Notes under the pieces: generated by a model
Told to the model about the DNA's origin: nothing
Databases searched by the model: none
The model's input: the letters and a program-made list of their open reading frames with translations, nothing else
Assembly: GCA_025558095.1 (NCBI GenBank)
Contig: JAIVFI010000017.1
Span: 667,983 to 731,982 of the forward strand
DNA from: Hyaloraphidium curvatum SAG 235-1
Lineage: Eukaryota > Fungi > Monoblepharomycota
Length of the DNA: 64,000 nt
Reading direction: 5' to 3'
Made by a program: the position numbers and the translations under genes
Shown: piece after piece, positions 34,574 to 46,600 of the stretch
Position numbering within the stretch: position 1 is the stretch's first letter
Layout: each line of letters opens with the position of its first letter

Positions 34574-36902
34574 ATGCGCGAGTTCCGCATCATCTTCGAC
34601 CCTCCCCACGACGCGCCCAGCCGCGAATTGCCGCACCGCGAGCTCATCGGCTACCCGCTGCCGGCGCTGCACTTCCGCCCGGGCGACACGGCGCAGCTGG
34701 CCGTCAGCACCACCGAGCCGCACTACACCGCCCGTGTCGTGCGGCTGATCCACGGAGACACGAATCCCGCGGGGCCGGGGCACGTGTTCGAGGTTGTGGA
34801 CGACGCGGGGACCCGGGAGGCCGGGCTGGACGGGAAGACCCGATTCGAGGGGAGGTTGCAGGAGACGAAAGGCGGGAGCTGGGGCGTGACCGAGCTCGGG
34901 ACTCGCGCGGGGGACGCGACGATCGGCTGCTGGATATGGCCGACGCTGCCGGACAAGGTCGGGCACGAGCAGGTGGTCCTGTCGCGCGGCGCGGGCGGCA
35001 ACGAGGCCAAGCTGTACCTGGACGCCGGCGGCAGGCTGTGCTTCTCGACGGGCTCGCTGGAGATCAAGTCAGAGACTCCGCTACACCAGAGGAACTGGTT
35101 CTTTGTCGCCGCTTCCGTGGACGCGAAGGGCGGACTCGTCGCGATGGGCTACTCCAAAGTTCACGACCGCTTCGCCAAACCCGTCTTCATGGAAAGTGCG
35201 GCGCCGCTGGCCGAGCTTGCCCAGTCGCCGTGGCTCGCCCGCGAGGGCGCGCTCTACCTCGCGACGCCGCCGGTCCACGCCGCGGACCGGCTGTACAACG
35301 GCAAGATCTCGGACCCCTTCACTTCTCACGAACCTATCACCGCCGACAACCTCGCCGCCCTCATCTCCTTTCCGCCATCCCATCTCGGTCTCCACGCTCC
35401 CACGACCACGCTGTTTGGAGCCCCGACGACGCACGTCGCCTCGCACCGCTGGCGCCCGACGACATCCACCCACCTCCTCGCGCCAGACGAGTACCGCGCT
35501 GTGCACTTCCACGAGGACGATCTCGACGACGCCGGCTGGGAGCCCACCGTCTCGTACCTCATCCCCAGCGACCTCCCGAGCGGCGTCTACGCCTTCCGCC
35601 TCGACGCCGAGTTCGCCCTCGACGGCGAGCCATGCCTCCTGTGGGACGAGATCCCCTTCTTCGTCTCCTCCCCCAACCCCGACCCCTCCAAACCCCTCCT
35701 CATCATCCCCACCCTGACCTACCAGATCTACTCCAATGAACGGCTCATCGCCGGCGGCGAGGACAACGCGATGGTGCACCAGTCCGACGCCGCGCTCAAG
35801 CTCAACGGCTCCGACCCGGCGGACCGGTGGCTCGCGCGCCACCCGGAGATGGGATCGAGCGGGTACGACCTCCACCGCGACGGCTCCGGCGTGCACGTCT
35901 GCTCCCTGAGGAGGCCGATTCCGAACATGAGGGGCGGGTTCAGATGGTGGATCCTCGCCGCGCCCGAGCGGTTCGGCGCCGACCTGTACCTCGTGGAGCA
36001 CCTGCACCGCACGCTCGGCGCCGGGGGGTTCCACGTGCTGACGGACCACGAGCTCCACGAGAGGGGGAGGGCGGCGCTGGACGGGTACCGCTGCGTCATT
36101 TTTCCGACGCATCCGGAGTACTGGACGTTCGCGATGCGGGAGGCGCTGCAGGGGTGGCTCGAGGTCGGGGGGAGGGGGATGTACCTCGGCGGCAACGGCT
36201 TCTAGTGGGTTGACGCGCGAGCGGCACAGCCGCTTGCCTGATGCTTACCTTGTCCCCACTTTCAGCTGGGTCACCGAGATCAACCCCTCCAAACCGCACC
36301 TTGCCGAGATCCGCCGCGCCAACACCGGCACCCGCGCCTGGTCGTCCCCACCCGGAGAGCGGCACTACCCCTCCGGCGTCCCCGGCGGTCTGTGGCGGGA
36401 GGTCGGGCTGCCGCCCAACGCGCTGTGCGGGGTCGGTTTCGCGGCCGAGTGCGACGCGCCGACGGGTGCCACCGGGTACCGGATCGCCGAGGACGGGCGG
36501 GGCCGGGGCAAGTGGGTGTTTGAGGGCTGCACGGAGGGGGAGGTGTTTGGCGCGTACGGGATGTTCTGCGGGGGTGCGGCGGGGTACGAGATCGACAGGT
36601 TCGACGCCGAGAACGGGAGCCCGGAGGAAGCCCTTGTGCTGGCCACCTCGGCGGGGATGCACCCCAAGAACTACCTGCTGGTGGTGGAGGACGTGCCGGC
36701 GATGGTGGCCGAGATCACGGGGGAGGACTCGGAGCGCGTGCGGAGCGACGTGGTGTTGTGCCCCGTAGGGAAGGGGTGGATGTTCTCCGTGGGGAGCATC
36801 ACGTGGTGCGGGAGCCTGTACGGCAAGGGCGGGAAGGGGGACGTGGCGACGATCACGAACAACGTGCTGGGGCGGTTCCTGGCCGATGGCGACGTGATGT
36901 GA
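34574..36902 (+). CDS. N,N-dimethylformamidase large-subunit-like protein, intron at 36205-36265
   Basis: RLIHGDTNPAGPG, HFHEDDLDDAGW, PTLTYQIYSNE, YDLHRDGSGV, HPEYWT, YLGGNGFY|WVT, GAAGYEID, FSVGSITWCGSL. Confidence 0.85.
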
Positions 36903-36925
36903 TGGCCGACGGAGAACACGTTTAG

Positions 36926-38164
36926 TCACGAACAACCGCGCTCGAGGAGAACGTCCGTCCACAGGCCGAACTTGCCGTCCGGCCCCCCGACGCCAGTCGT
37001 CCTCCCCTCGAACCACGCGCACCATTCCTCCACCCCCGCGCCCTTCCTCTCCCACTCTTCCCTGATGCCACTGGCGTCCAGATCGATCTCCAGGCCCCGA
37101 AGCGCAAGCTCGTGGACCGCGTAACCGGGCGGCACCCCGAGCAGCGCCTCGGCGCACCCCAGCCCCTGGTGCCGCATCGCGAGCGGCCACACCTCGACAA
37201 GCAAAAACGACGGCACGCCGCGTGCGAGCAGGCCCCCGGCGCCGGCGAGCACGTGCCCATCGTGCCCCTGCGTGTCCACTTTGACCACGAGCAGCCGGGG
37301 TTCCTCGTACTCGGGAGGGTTCCGGGCCCGCTTGGCGAACCGCGCCCACTCGTCCCTGTGCGCGCGCAGGAAAAGCTCCCACACCCCGTCCAGGGTTGCC
37401 GCCGGCACCTTCACCCTCCCCTTGCCCAGCTCGCGGTAGTCTGAAATCTCCCCCGCGAACGGCGCCGCGCCGAGGTGGTCGCCCGTCCCACCAATGGCCT
37501 GCATCTCCACCGTGGGAGCAGACCATGGGGAAGTGAGCGCGTACTTGAGGGGCAGCACATTCTTCGGCCTCCCCGCCGGCGCGGCCTCCAGACCCTCCAC
37601 GAGCCTGTCGAACGAGGCGGGGGAGGGCTCGAAGCACAGCACGGCGAAGAACCCGCGCGAGGCGGCCTCGCGGCACTGCGTCGCGTCGTGGGAGCCGATC
37701 TCGACGGCGACCAGCAAAGGGCGGCGCCGCGGGCGCGGGAGATCCAAAAGCGAGGGCCAGAGGGCGTCGGCGCCGACGTCCGGGGAAAGCTGGCGGAGCA
37801 GAGGCGATATTCTCCTGTCGTCTGGGGAGCGGTTGTCCGCGAACGGCGGGCAGTCCGGGTGCTTCGGCGGGCTCTTGCGCAATGCCTCTGCCTGCGCCGG
37901 GATCCGCGCCCGCATGAACTCGTCCAGCGCCTTCCTTAAAAGCGCGTCTTTTAAGGTGGCCCTTGTCAAGTTGAAATTGCCGCGGCGGGGGGGAGGCGCG
38001 GGAGGAAGGGGCGCGGGCGTCGGCAGGGAAACGGCGGACGCGACGCGTCGCGCGAGGGGTTCCTCTGCCGCGGCTGTCTCGGCTCCCTCCCGTCCAGGGG
38101 GCATTTTCAGCCAGAGGGTGGTGGCCGCGAGGGCGAGCAGCGCCCAGAGCGCCCGGCGGTCCAT
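36926..38164 (-). CDS. FkbM-family SAM methyltransferase with an N-terminal anchor
   Basis: VEIGSHDA, CFEPSP, TLD, VKVDTQGHDGHVLAGA, LLVEVWP. Confidence 0.8.
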   Translation of the reverse strand: MDRRALWALLALAATTLWLKMPPGREGAETAAAEEPLARRVASAVSLPTPAPLPPAPPPRRGNFNLTRATLKDALLRKALDEFMRARIPAQAEALRKSPPKHPDCPPFADNRSPDDRRISPLLRQLSPDVGADALWPSLLDLPRPRRRPLLVAVEIGSHDATQCREAASRGFFAVLCFEPSPASFDRLVEGLEAAPAGRPKNVLPLKYALTSPWSAPTVEMQAIGGTGDHLGAAPFAGEISDYRELGKGRVKVPAATLDGVWELFLRAHRDEWARFAKRARNPPEYEEPRLLVVKVDTQGHDGHVLAGAGGLLARGVPSFLLVEVWPLAMRHQGLGCAEALLGVPPGYAVHELALRGLEIDLDASGIREEWERKGAGVEEWCAWFEGRTTGVGGPDGKFGLWTDVLLERGCS

Positions 38165-38351
38165 GGAGAGCGGCGGCGGGCGAATGCGCGGGACTTGGGT
38201 CCCTGCTTCGGCCCCAATCTCGTGCCCAAAATCGCAAGTCAGTGACATCTTCAGGCAATGAGCATCTTTTGCAGTACGTTATCAGGCCTGTAACGACCTG
38301 TGATCATCTCGCCTCCCACTTCACGCTCCCGGGCCGCCGCCGCCAACCCCA

Positions 38352-39311
38352 TCACTCGTTTGCGATTGACTTCCTGTGCTCCAAGCACCACCTTCCCGCC
38401 TTGTCCGCCCTCCTCGTGCATCCTTGCACCGCGCACACATTCCGGCTCCTCTCGACCATCCCCGGGGCGCTGTGGTTGGTCCGGCTCACGTCCATTCCGC
38501 GCCCTGGACCGCGCACGTCGCCACTCAACCGACCTCCGCTCCGCTCTGTCTGGTCCGGTCTATCCACCGCCATCGATCCGATCGAGCCAACTTCCTACCA
38601 CCACCAGGAACTCCGACGTCCCCTCGCAGCCCCCCACGATCGCCGCTCCCTCCCCCGCAAGGCCGATCGCCGGCCTCCTCCGCCCGCGATGGTCCGCGCA
38701 CGTCCTCATCCCCCTCCTCGGCCTCTTCCCGCATCCCGCCTCCGAGCAGGTGCGCGCCTGCTTGCGGCTCACCATCCCCGGACGGCGGTGCGGCCCGCAG
38801 TACAGCCTCTCCCGGGCGCCGGGGAGGCCGTAGTAGGCGGTGGAGGGGCAGCCGGGGTGGATGCAGAGCGGGTGGCGGTGTTTACTGGGGTGGGCGAGCG
38901 GCAGAGGGGGAGCGGAGAGGGAGGAGCGGGAGGAGGGAGAAGGCGAGCGTCCGGGGGCTTCCGCCGCGGAATCCGAGTGGAGCCGAGGCGGGGCCCGGAG
39001 AGGAGCGGCTCCGCCCTGTGTTGTATGTAGAAGCTGCGGAAGTCCGTGCCGTCCGTTCGTCGCGGACGTTTCGTCGACCTGCCTCGCCCAACCCACCGCG
39101 TCAGCGGTCGGACCGCCTTGTGGCCCATGCCCAGAGCACCCACATCGATGAGCTCCGGCCCCTCCGCCGTCCCCAGAATTTGCGCCAAGACGTCCAGCAC
39201 CGCCTTCTCGGCCGCGCTGGGCTCCTCCGCGGCCCGCCGCCCCCGCGGGGCCCTGTCCTGGTCCGCCCCGCCCGGTGGGGGAAGACGCGATGCGGGGGGA
39301 TGCAGGCTCAT
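38352..39311 (-). CDS. EsV-1-7-like Cys/His repeat protein, exon structure approximate
   Basis: CIHPGCPSTAYYGLPGARERLYCGPHRRPGMVS; CSEAGCGKR...TCADH; CAVQGCTRR...WCLEH. Confidence 0.65.
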
Positions 39312-39483
39312 GGAACCCGCGTGGAGATGGCAACGGAAGCCGTCGGACGCGTGGGAAGGTGCGTGGAGCCGCATCGCGCGCGGGATGGGGCTATGGATGA
39401 TGGAGGCGTCGCCGGGCGCGCCACGGACCCGGACATCGAACGAGCGCGAGTGAGAACACGACCGTCCGCGAAAACGGGCGCCA

Positions 39484-40711
39484 CTACAGCTCCGTGTGCA
39501 CCTTGACCCTGCGCCCCACCACCCTTCCCACCCACTCCTTCACCACGGCGCGGAAAGCCTCCTCCATCGCCTCCCCCTCGGCCGTCCAGAGCTCCACCGC
39601 CCCTTTTGCTTTCGCCGCCCCCTGCACCGCTTCCCCGGTATCCGCACGCGACGAGGTCAAGGCGTCGAAGACGGCCTCGGCGGAGGAGAGCGGGTGGTTC
39701 GGGTCCCCGAGCGGGGAGAGGATCAGCACGGGGATGTGGGGCACGGATTGGATGGCGGAGAGGGGGGGGAGATCGGAGGTCGCGATGCCGGCGAGGACCT
39801 GCGAGAGGGGCGGGGGCCGGGTGGGCGCTTCGGCCTGGCGCGCGGGGGCGGGTGCGTTAGCGGGGTCCGGTGGCGGCTGGCGCAGGGAGACCCACCAGGA
39901 GGACCTTGCCGCGCTCCTCGCGGCCATCGCCCATTGTGGGGACTTTGTAGAGGATGGCGGCGGCGATCCGCTCCCGCTGCTCGGGGTCGACGAGGGCGTG
40001 CAGGGTCGCTGCGCATGTCATGCTCTTGCCAAAGACCACGGCCTTGCCCTGATTGGCCTCGGGGCCCATGGAGAGGTCGGGGCGCTGCACGGCCCAGTCG
40101 ACCACGGCGACCACGTCCCGCGCGACGGTCTCCCAGGTAAAGTCGCCGGGTTCGGCGTCCAGCCACGCGGGGGCCGAAGCGCCGTGCCCCCGCGCGTCGA
40201 AGAAGGCGACGGGGTACAGCGGCAGCAGCAGGCCGAGCATGAAGAAGGCGTCCTGCCGCCGCCCGCGGAGCCCGTGCGAGGCGACGATCGGGTGGCGGGG
40301 CAGCTGGGCGGGGCGGGCGCGGTTCCCCGGTCCTTCCAGCTTGTCCGAGGCGAGCAGCGCGGCGTACTCGACCGCGCCGATCCCGCCGTGTTCCCCTCCC
40401 CTGATCTCGACCGCGATCGTGCGGCCGTCGACGGGGACGTCCGCCGTGTGCGGCCTGCTGCCGTCGAAGCCCTGCGCGGCCAACTTGTCCGCCTTTGTCG
40501 GTTTGCGGCCTTTGCCCTTGCGGGACCGGGCGCCGCGGCGGGCGCGTTTGCGGGGCTCCCCGTCGTCGCCCTTCCGCCGCTTTCCTTCTTCAGAGTCCGC
40601 GGGGCCGTCCGAGGGGCCGTCGTCGCCCGTGCCGGCCTCGGGGTCGTCGGCACGCGGCACCTCCTCCGCCCCGTCGACGGACACAACCAGTACCTCCTCC
40701 TTGCCCGGCAT
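39484..40711 (-). CDS. Alpha/beta hydrolase with an acidic/basic N-terminal extension, one intron
   Basis: SHGL, FDARGHG, FGKSMT (Ser elbow), PVLIL, DPNHP. Confidence 0.75.
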
Positions 40712-40992
40712 CGCGGTTTCCCGGGTCCGGGGCGCCCTGCAATGGGGCCCTTGCGGCGAGTCGGGGTGTTGCGTGCGGGTTCCGCGTTTCTTTTAGGCCT
40801 CTAGGCCGGCACTCATAGTGTTTGTTTGGCGCAATCTCCGCCCAGTACACTTTCCCGCTAACTCCGCTTTGCCGATCGGATCGCGTCTGCTTAGCCCACC
40901 AGCCCGGCCCGCGTGGGCCCCACGCAACGGGTCGGCCGGCCCGGCGCCGCGCTATCTCCGCCGCCGCCTTGCTGCTGAGAGCAAGGGAAGCG

Positions 40993-43900
40993 ATGCCCTC
41001 CGCGGCGGGGCGCGACGCGGCGCTGGCGGCCCTCTCGGCTTTGCCCGCGGGCGCCGACGGCGACGACGTCTGCGCGGCGATCGACGGCGCGTTCCCGGGC
41101 GGGGCGGCGAGCGTGCCGGCGATGCTCTGCGGGGCGCCGTCTCCCGCGCTGTTCTTCCTCGATCGCGACCAGCCGGGCCCCGATACCGCCAATCGGACCC
41201 ACGAGGACGTCACGTTCTCCTCGCTATCGCACGCGGACGTGCTCGCCCTGGTGGAATCCTTCCCGGCCGCGATCCGCCCGCTGCTCCCGCCCGCCCTCGC
41301 CGCGCTCCCCTCGCTCGCCGGCCTCCGCACCGCCCTGCGCCTGCCCGACCCCCTCGCCGCGGCGCTCGCCGTCGTGGCCTGCGCCTCGTTCGCCTGCGCC
41401 GCCCCCGTGTCCCCGGAGGCCACCTGGGCGGAGCTCAAAGCCGAATGCGGGGAGACGGGGTGCGCCGTCGTGCTGCTGGGCGAGTCTGCCGAGGGGTTCC
41501 CGGACCTGCCGCCCGGGGAGGAGTGGGCCGAGCTGGGGGTCGTGCTCGTCGCCACTTTCGGCGTGGACCTCGCCGCGCGCCGCCTGAAGATCACCCCCCT
41601 GTGGACTTCCTCCCCGGCACCCATCCCGCCCCCGCCGATCCCCCCTCAAACCGAACCCTGCCGCCGCGACGATGTTGTCCTCGTGCTCCGCACCTCGGGC
41701 TCCACCGGCGCCAAGAAGATCGTGCCCTACACCCTGCAACACCTCCTCGTGGGCGCTATCTGCATCGTCCGCTCGTGGGGCCTCGCCGAGGCGGACCGCT
41801 GCGTCAACGTCATGCCCGTACGCGCTTTGCCTCGCCTCCCGCTTCGGTTGGTGATCCCCCGCTCCGCAGCTCTTCCACGTTGGCGGAATCCTCCGCAACC
41901 TCCTCGCCCCCCTCCTCTCCCGCTCCGCAACCTACCTCCTCCCCGGCTTCCTCCCCCGCGCCTTCTGGGCCGCCCTCCGCGACGGCGCGACGTGGTACTA
42001 TGCCGGCCCCGCGCTGCACCGCGCCATCTGCGACTCCCGCCCCCCCGGGGCGGCGTGCGCGCTGCGGATGGCGGCCAACGCCAGCGGGCCGCTGACGGAG
42101 GAGCTGAGGGGGAGGATGGTGGAGGTACTGGGGAGGGACAACCCCGGCTTGGTCGTGCTGCCCTCCTGTGGGTCCTCCGCGCGCTGCGCCGTTCTCGCGT
42201 CTGCTGATCCACCCTGCGCGCAGACGGCATGACGGAATGCATGCCCATCTCCACCCCGCCCGCCGACTACTCCCCTTTGCGGCACCCGCGCACCTCGGGC
42301 GTGCCGTGCGGCCCGCGCGTGGCGATCCTCTCCCCCACCTCCGCCGACCCGCTTCCCCCGGGGGCGACCGGGCGGATCTGCGTCCGCGGGTGGCCGCTCG
42401 TGGCGGGGTACGAACGACCGGGGACGTACCGCCACCACGCCCTCGGCAACCCTTTGGCCCCGGCCTCCCCCTTCCCGGCGCCGTTCCTCGAAGCGGGCTG
42501 GTTCGACACAGGCGACCTCGGCTTCCTCTCCCCCTCGGGCCACCTGCACGTCACGGGGCGGACCAAGGAGTGCGTGAACCGCGGCGGGGAGACCCTCGCG
42601 CCGGCCGAGATCGAGGAGGCCGTCGCCGCCGCGCTCGGTATGCCGGTGGGGGAGGTCGTGTGCTTCGCCGTGCCGGATGCGCGGCTGGGGGAGGTTCCGG
42701 GGGTGCTGGTGGAGGTTGCCGAGGGGGGGAGGAGGCCCGGGTTGGCCGAGGTGAGGGGGGCGTTGGAGGGAAGGCTGCACCCGGCAAAGTGGCCCGCGTG
42801 GGTGGGGTACGGCCGGGCGCCGCGCAACGGGCTGGGGAAGGTGGTACGGGTCGGCTTGGGGCGCAGGGTTGCGGAGGGGCTGTTTGGCGGGGGGGAGGTG
42901 GACGCGGACGCGGTGCCGGGGGTGGGGAGGCACTTTCTCCTCCGGGGGGGCGAGGTCAGGCCGGTGGCGGTGGACGCGGCGAAGGTTGCGGAGGCGGTGC
43001 GAGCGACGGACGTGCGGGTGCACGCGGCCAGGGTCGTGCCGGTGGCGGAGTGCGGCGCGGTCGCACCCCCGGGGTCGATGCCGGACCACCTCGCCTGCGC
43101 GGTGTGGGTGCCCTCGGGCCGGGCGGACGCGCGGGCGATCCGCGAGCAGGCGGCGGGGGGGTTGCACGGGTACGAGATCCCGTGGGACTGGTTCGTGCTT
43201 GATTCGGAGGGGGCGGACGCGGCGATGCTCGCCCTGGACGACGCCGAGCTGCTGGCGGAACTGCGGCGCCGACGGGCAGCGGGGCACGGCTCGCCCACCC
43301 TCCTCCGCGTGCAGCGGATCCTCGCCACGTTGCTCCCCGGCGGCCCGCACCTCGCGGCGGACCAGGACATCTTTGCCCACGGCGCGGACTCGATGATCGC
43401 GGGGCTGCTCGCGGCGCGGCTGAGGAGGGAGCTGGGCGTGCGGGCGGACGTTGGGGCAGTGTTCAGGCTACGGACGCCGGGGAGGATCGCGGAGGAGTGC
43501 GAGGCGCGGCTCGGGGCTGCAGCGGGAGGGGGGAGGGAAGCGCCGGCGGGGTTCGCGGACCCCGACGCGGACGTCGAGGCCGGCGGGGGGGAGGCCTCCC
43601 CCCTCCTGGGCCGAAGACTCCCCCGTCCCTCCCCCGCGGCCCCCCTCCCCATGCTCGTGCACCTCCTCCCCGCCTTTGTCTTCCTCCCCCTCCTCACGTG
43701 GCTCCGCTACATGCTCTGGATCTTCCTCCTCGCGCAGACGTGTCGCCTCTCCCCGAGGGGGAGGCTGGGGATCCTGGAGCTGCTGGCGAGCCTGGCGATG
43801 GGGCGGGTGGCGTGGGATCTGGCGAGGCCGGTGCTGGGTGTGGCGTTCAAGTGGGCGGTGGTGGGCAGGTACCGGGAAGGAAGGTACCCGGTGTGGGGGG

Positions 43901-46148
43901 GGACGTACCTGAGGTGGGTCGATCGCTCAGTGGCGTCGATCGGTTCGGTCGTCTGACGACGCCCGCAGATGGTGGATCACGAGGAGGGTGCTCGAGCTGA
44001 CCGGCAAGGGCGTGTTCACGTGGTTCGACGGCGGCGTGAGGCTCTACCACATCCTCCTCGGGGCCAAGATCGGCCAGGGGACCAAGAGTAAGTGGGGCTT
44101 GCCGGCTCAGACGTTCCCTGACAATTCGCCTCCCGTCGCAGTCTCCAAGGGCGCCGACATCTCGGAACACGACCTCGTCGAGATCGGCGCCGACGTCTGC
44201 ATCGACGCTCCCTGCTCCATTTCGCCGTTCGCCTTCTCGTCCTCCTCGCCGGACAAGGGCTCGTTTTTCGTCTTCCGCGCCATCTCCATCGGCGACCGCT
44301 GCTCCCTCGCCCCGCGCACCGTCGTCGTCTCGGGGCACACCCTCCCCGCCGACACGTGCCTCGGGCCCTGCACCTCCTCCCACCACCTCGGCGACGCCCA
44401 CCGCTCGTACCGCGACTACTGCCGCGAATCCTTCCCGTCGCCCTCGGCCAAGCTGCGGCACCTGGTCGGCGGCCCCATCCTCCTCATCCGCTCCTTCCTC
44501 GCCTCGGCGCCCTGGATCGTGTACGCCCTCGTGCTGACCAACGTCCGCTGGTTCGCCGCCGGCCGGCCCGACGGCCGCTCGGTACCCGAGCTCCTGACCT
44601 GGTTCGCTTCGCACAAGCGCCTCCTCCTCTACTTCCTCCTTCTCCTTCCCGCGCGCACCCTCCTGCCCCCCTTCCTCAAGCTCGCCCACTCCCTGCTCGT
44701 CAAGCGCCTCCTGGTCGGCCGCTTCGAGCCAGGGCCGCGTGACTTTTCGGGTTGGGGCCTGTTCCGGCACTGGCTCATGCGCGCCCTCGGCGTGTCGGGC
44801 TCCTTCCACGGGGTCACGCACCTCATCGGGACACACTACGGGTTCACCTCGTTCCTCTTCCGGCTCTACGGGGCCAAGGTCGGCGAGCGCGTGTACTGGC
44901 CCGGCTCCGGGATGCTGGGGCTATACGAATTTGACCTGTGGGAGGTCGGCGACGACGTCGTCTTCGGGTCGCGCAGCGTGGTGCTCCCCTTCGACGCCAG
45001 GGAGGGCAAGCCGATCCGGCTCGGCGCGGGAAGCATGGTTGCGGACCGGTGCGTGCTCCTGCCCGGCGTCACGCTGGGGAAGAACTCGTGCCTCGGGACC
45101 GGCGGGCTCGGGGCCAAGGACCTGGTTCTGGAGCCCGGCGCCAGGGCGCTGGGCGCCGCGCACGGGGAGCCGGTGCGCCTGCACCGCGCCGACGATGCGG
45201 CCAAGGGCGACGAGGACACGGTCCGACCGTTCGGCAGGGCCTTCTACCTCGGCGAGGCGGACTACTTTGTGTGGCCTGAGTGGATGCACGCGGCGTTCAA
45301 CGTCTCGGCGCACGTCGTGCTGAGCCTGCTCCGCCGGCTGCCCCTCTTCATGGCGCTCAGGGTCGGACTCCGGCTCGCGCGGCGGGCGGTCCCCGCAGGC
45401 GCTCCTTCGCCCACGCCCCTCTCCCTCTTGGAGCTCTTTTCGCTCATGGATCTGCCCTCGGACATCGTCGACCCGGGCCTCGCGGTCGGCTTCGCGACCG
45501 GACTGCAGATCGTCGGCTGGTTCGCGCTCTGCTTCCTCCTCCTCAAGCCGCTCATGACCCTGCTCTTCCTGTGTCTGGACGTTGCCATCAAGTGGTTCGT
45601 CGTCGGCCGGCGCGAGCCGGGCAAATACAACTGGGATTCGTCGTCGTACTGCCAGCGCTGGAACCTGTACCTCGTGCTGTCCAAGGGGCTCAGGCGGACG
45701 GCGGGGGGGAACCACGACGTGCTGGCGCTGCTGGGCGGGTCGCAGTACATCGTCTGGTATTTCCGGAGCCTCGGCGCGACGATCGGGCGCGACGTGTGCC
45801 TCTACCCGAACCACGCGCAGCCGCCGATGGTAGGACGCGCCCGACCACCGCAGGTGTGATCCTGTTGCTGACCCAGCTGCTTCCTCCCAGACCGAGCCCG
45901 ACGTGGTGACGATCGGCGACGGCGCACTCGTGGACGACGCCTCCCTCGTCGGCCACCTCAACTCGATGGGCCAGTTCTCGCTGAACCCCGTCTCGGTGGG
46001 CGCGCACTCGGTGCTCAAGCTGGGCTCGCGCGTGCTTTCGGGCGGGTCGACCGAGGACGGCGCGGTTCTGGAGGAGATGTCGCTCGTGATGAGCGGGGAC
46101 TCGGCGACGGCGGGAGAGATGTGGGTGGGGTGGCCGCCGCGCATCTGA
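40993..46148 (+). CDS. Membrane-bound single-module NRPS-like enzyme (A-T-TM/hexapeptide repeats; Pls-like architecture), about 5 introns
   Basis: RTSGSTGAKK, P|LFHVGG, S|YGMTEC, WFDTGDLG, GRTKECVNRGGE, PRNGLGK; carrier FAHGADSM; KWAVVGRYREGRYPVWG; three (L/Y)GA(K/T)(I/V)G beta-helix segments separated by TM pairs. Confidence 0.85.
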
Positions 46149-46600
46149 ACGACATGGGCTGCTGCATGGATATGTCGGTGCTGATTTCTGTGTGGGGAGA
46201 GTGACTGCCTCTAGAGATTTGCCCTCAGACTTGCGGGGGGCTAGAACTGTATGACTGTACTGAATCTGTTGAATCGGAATGTTTCTTGAATCGGAATGTC
46301 GTGGTGGAGGGCACCGGCCGGAAGGATTGCGACGAGATCGGCCGCCTCAGTGCCTATCCCAAGTCCGTAGATGCAACGGCGTCGCACAGAAAACACTGCG
46401 GATACGACAACGGCCAAACACAGCAACTCCACAGCAGCTCTCCATGTGATGGACGTGGCATTGCATGCTCGCGAAATGCGGCCAACGTCGGGGTTCAGGC
46501 GGGCCGGTCGCGTCGGGCCCTGGCCGGCGGACCCTTTCCAGCCGCCATCCCAAGCCCTCTAATTCCATCGGGACTCCCTCGATATGCGGCCGCTTCCCCG

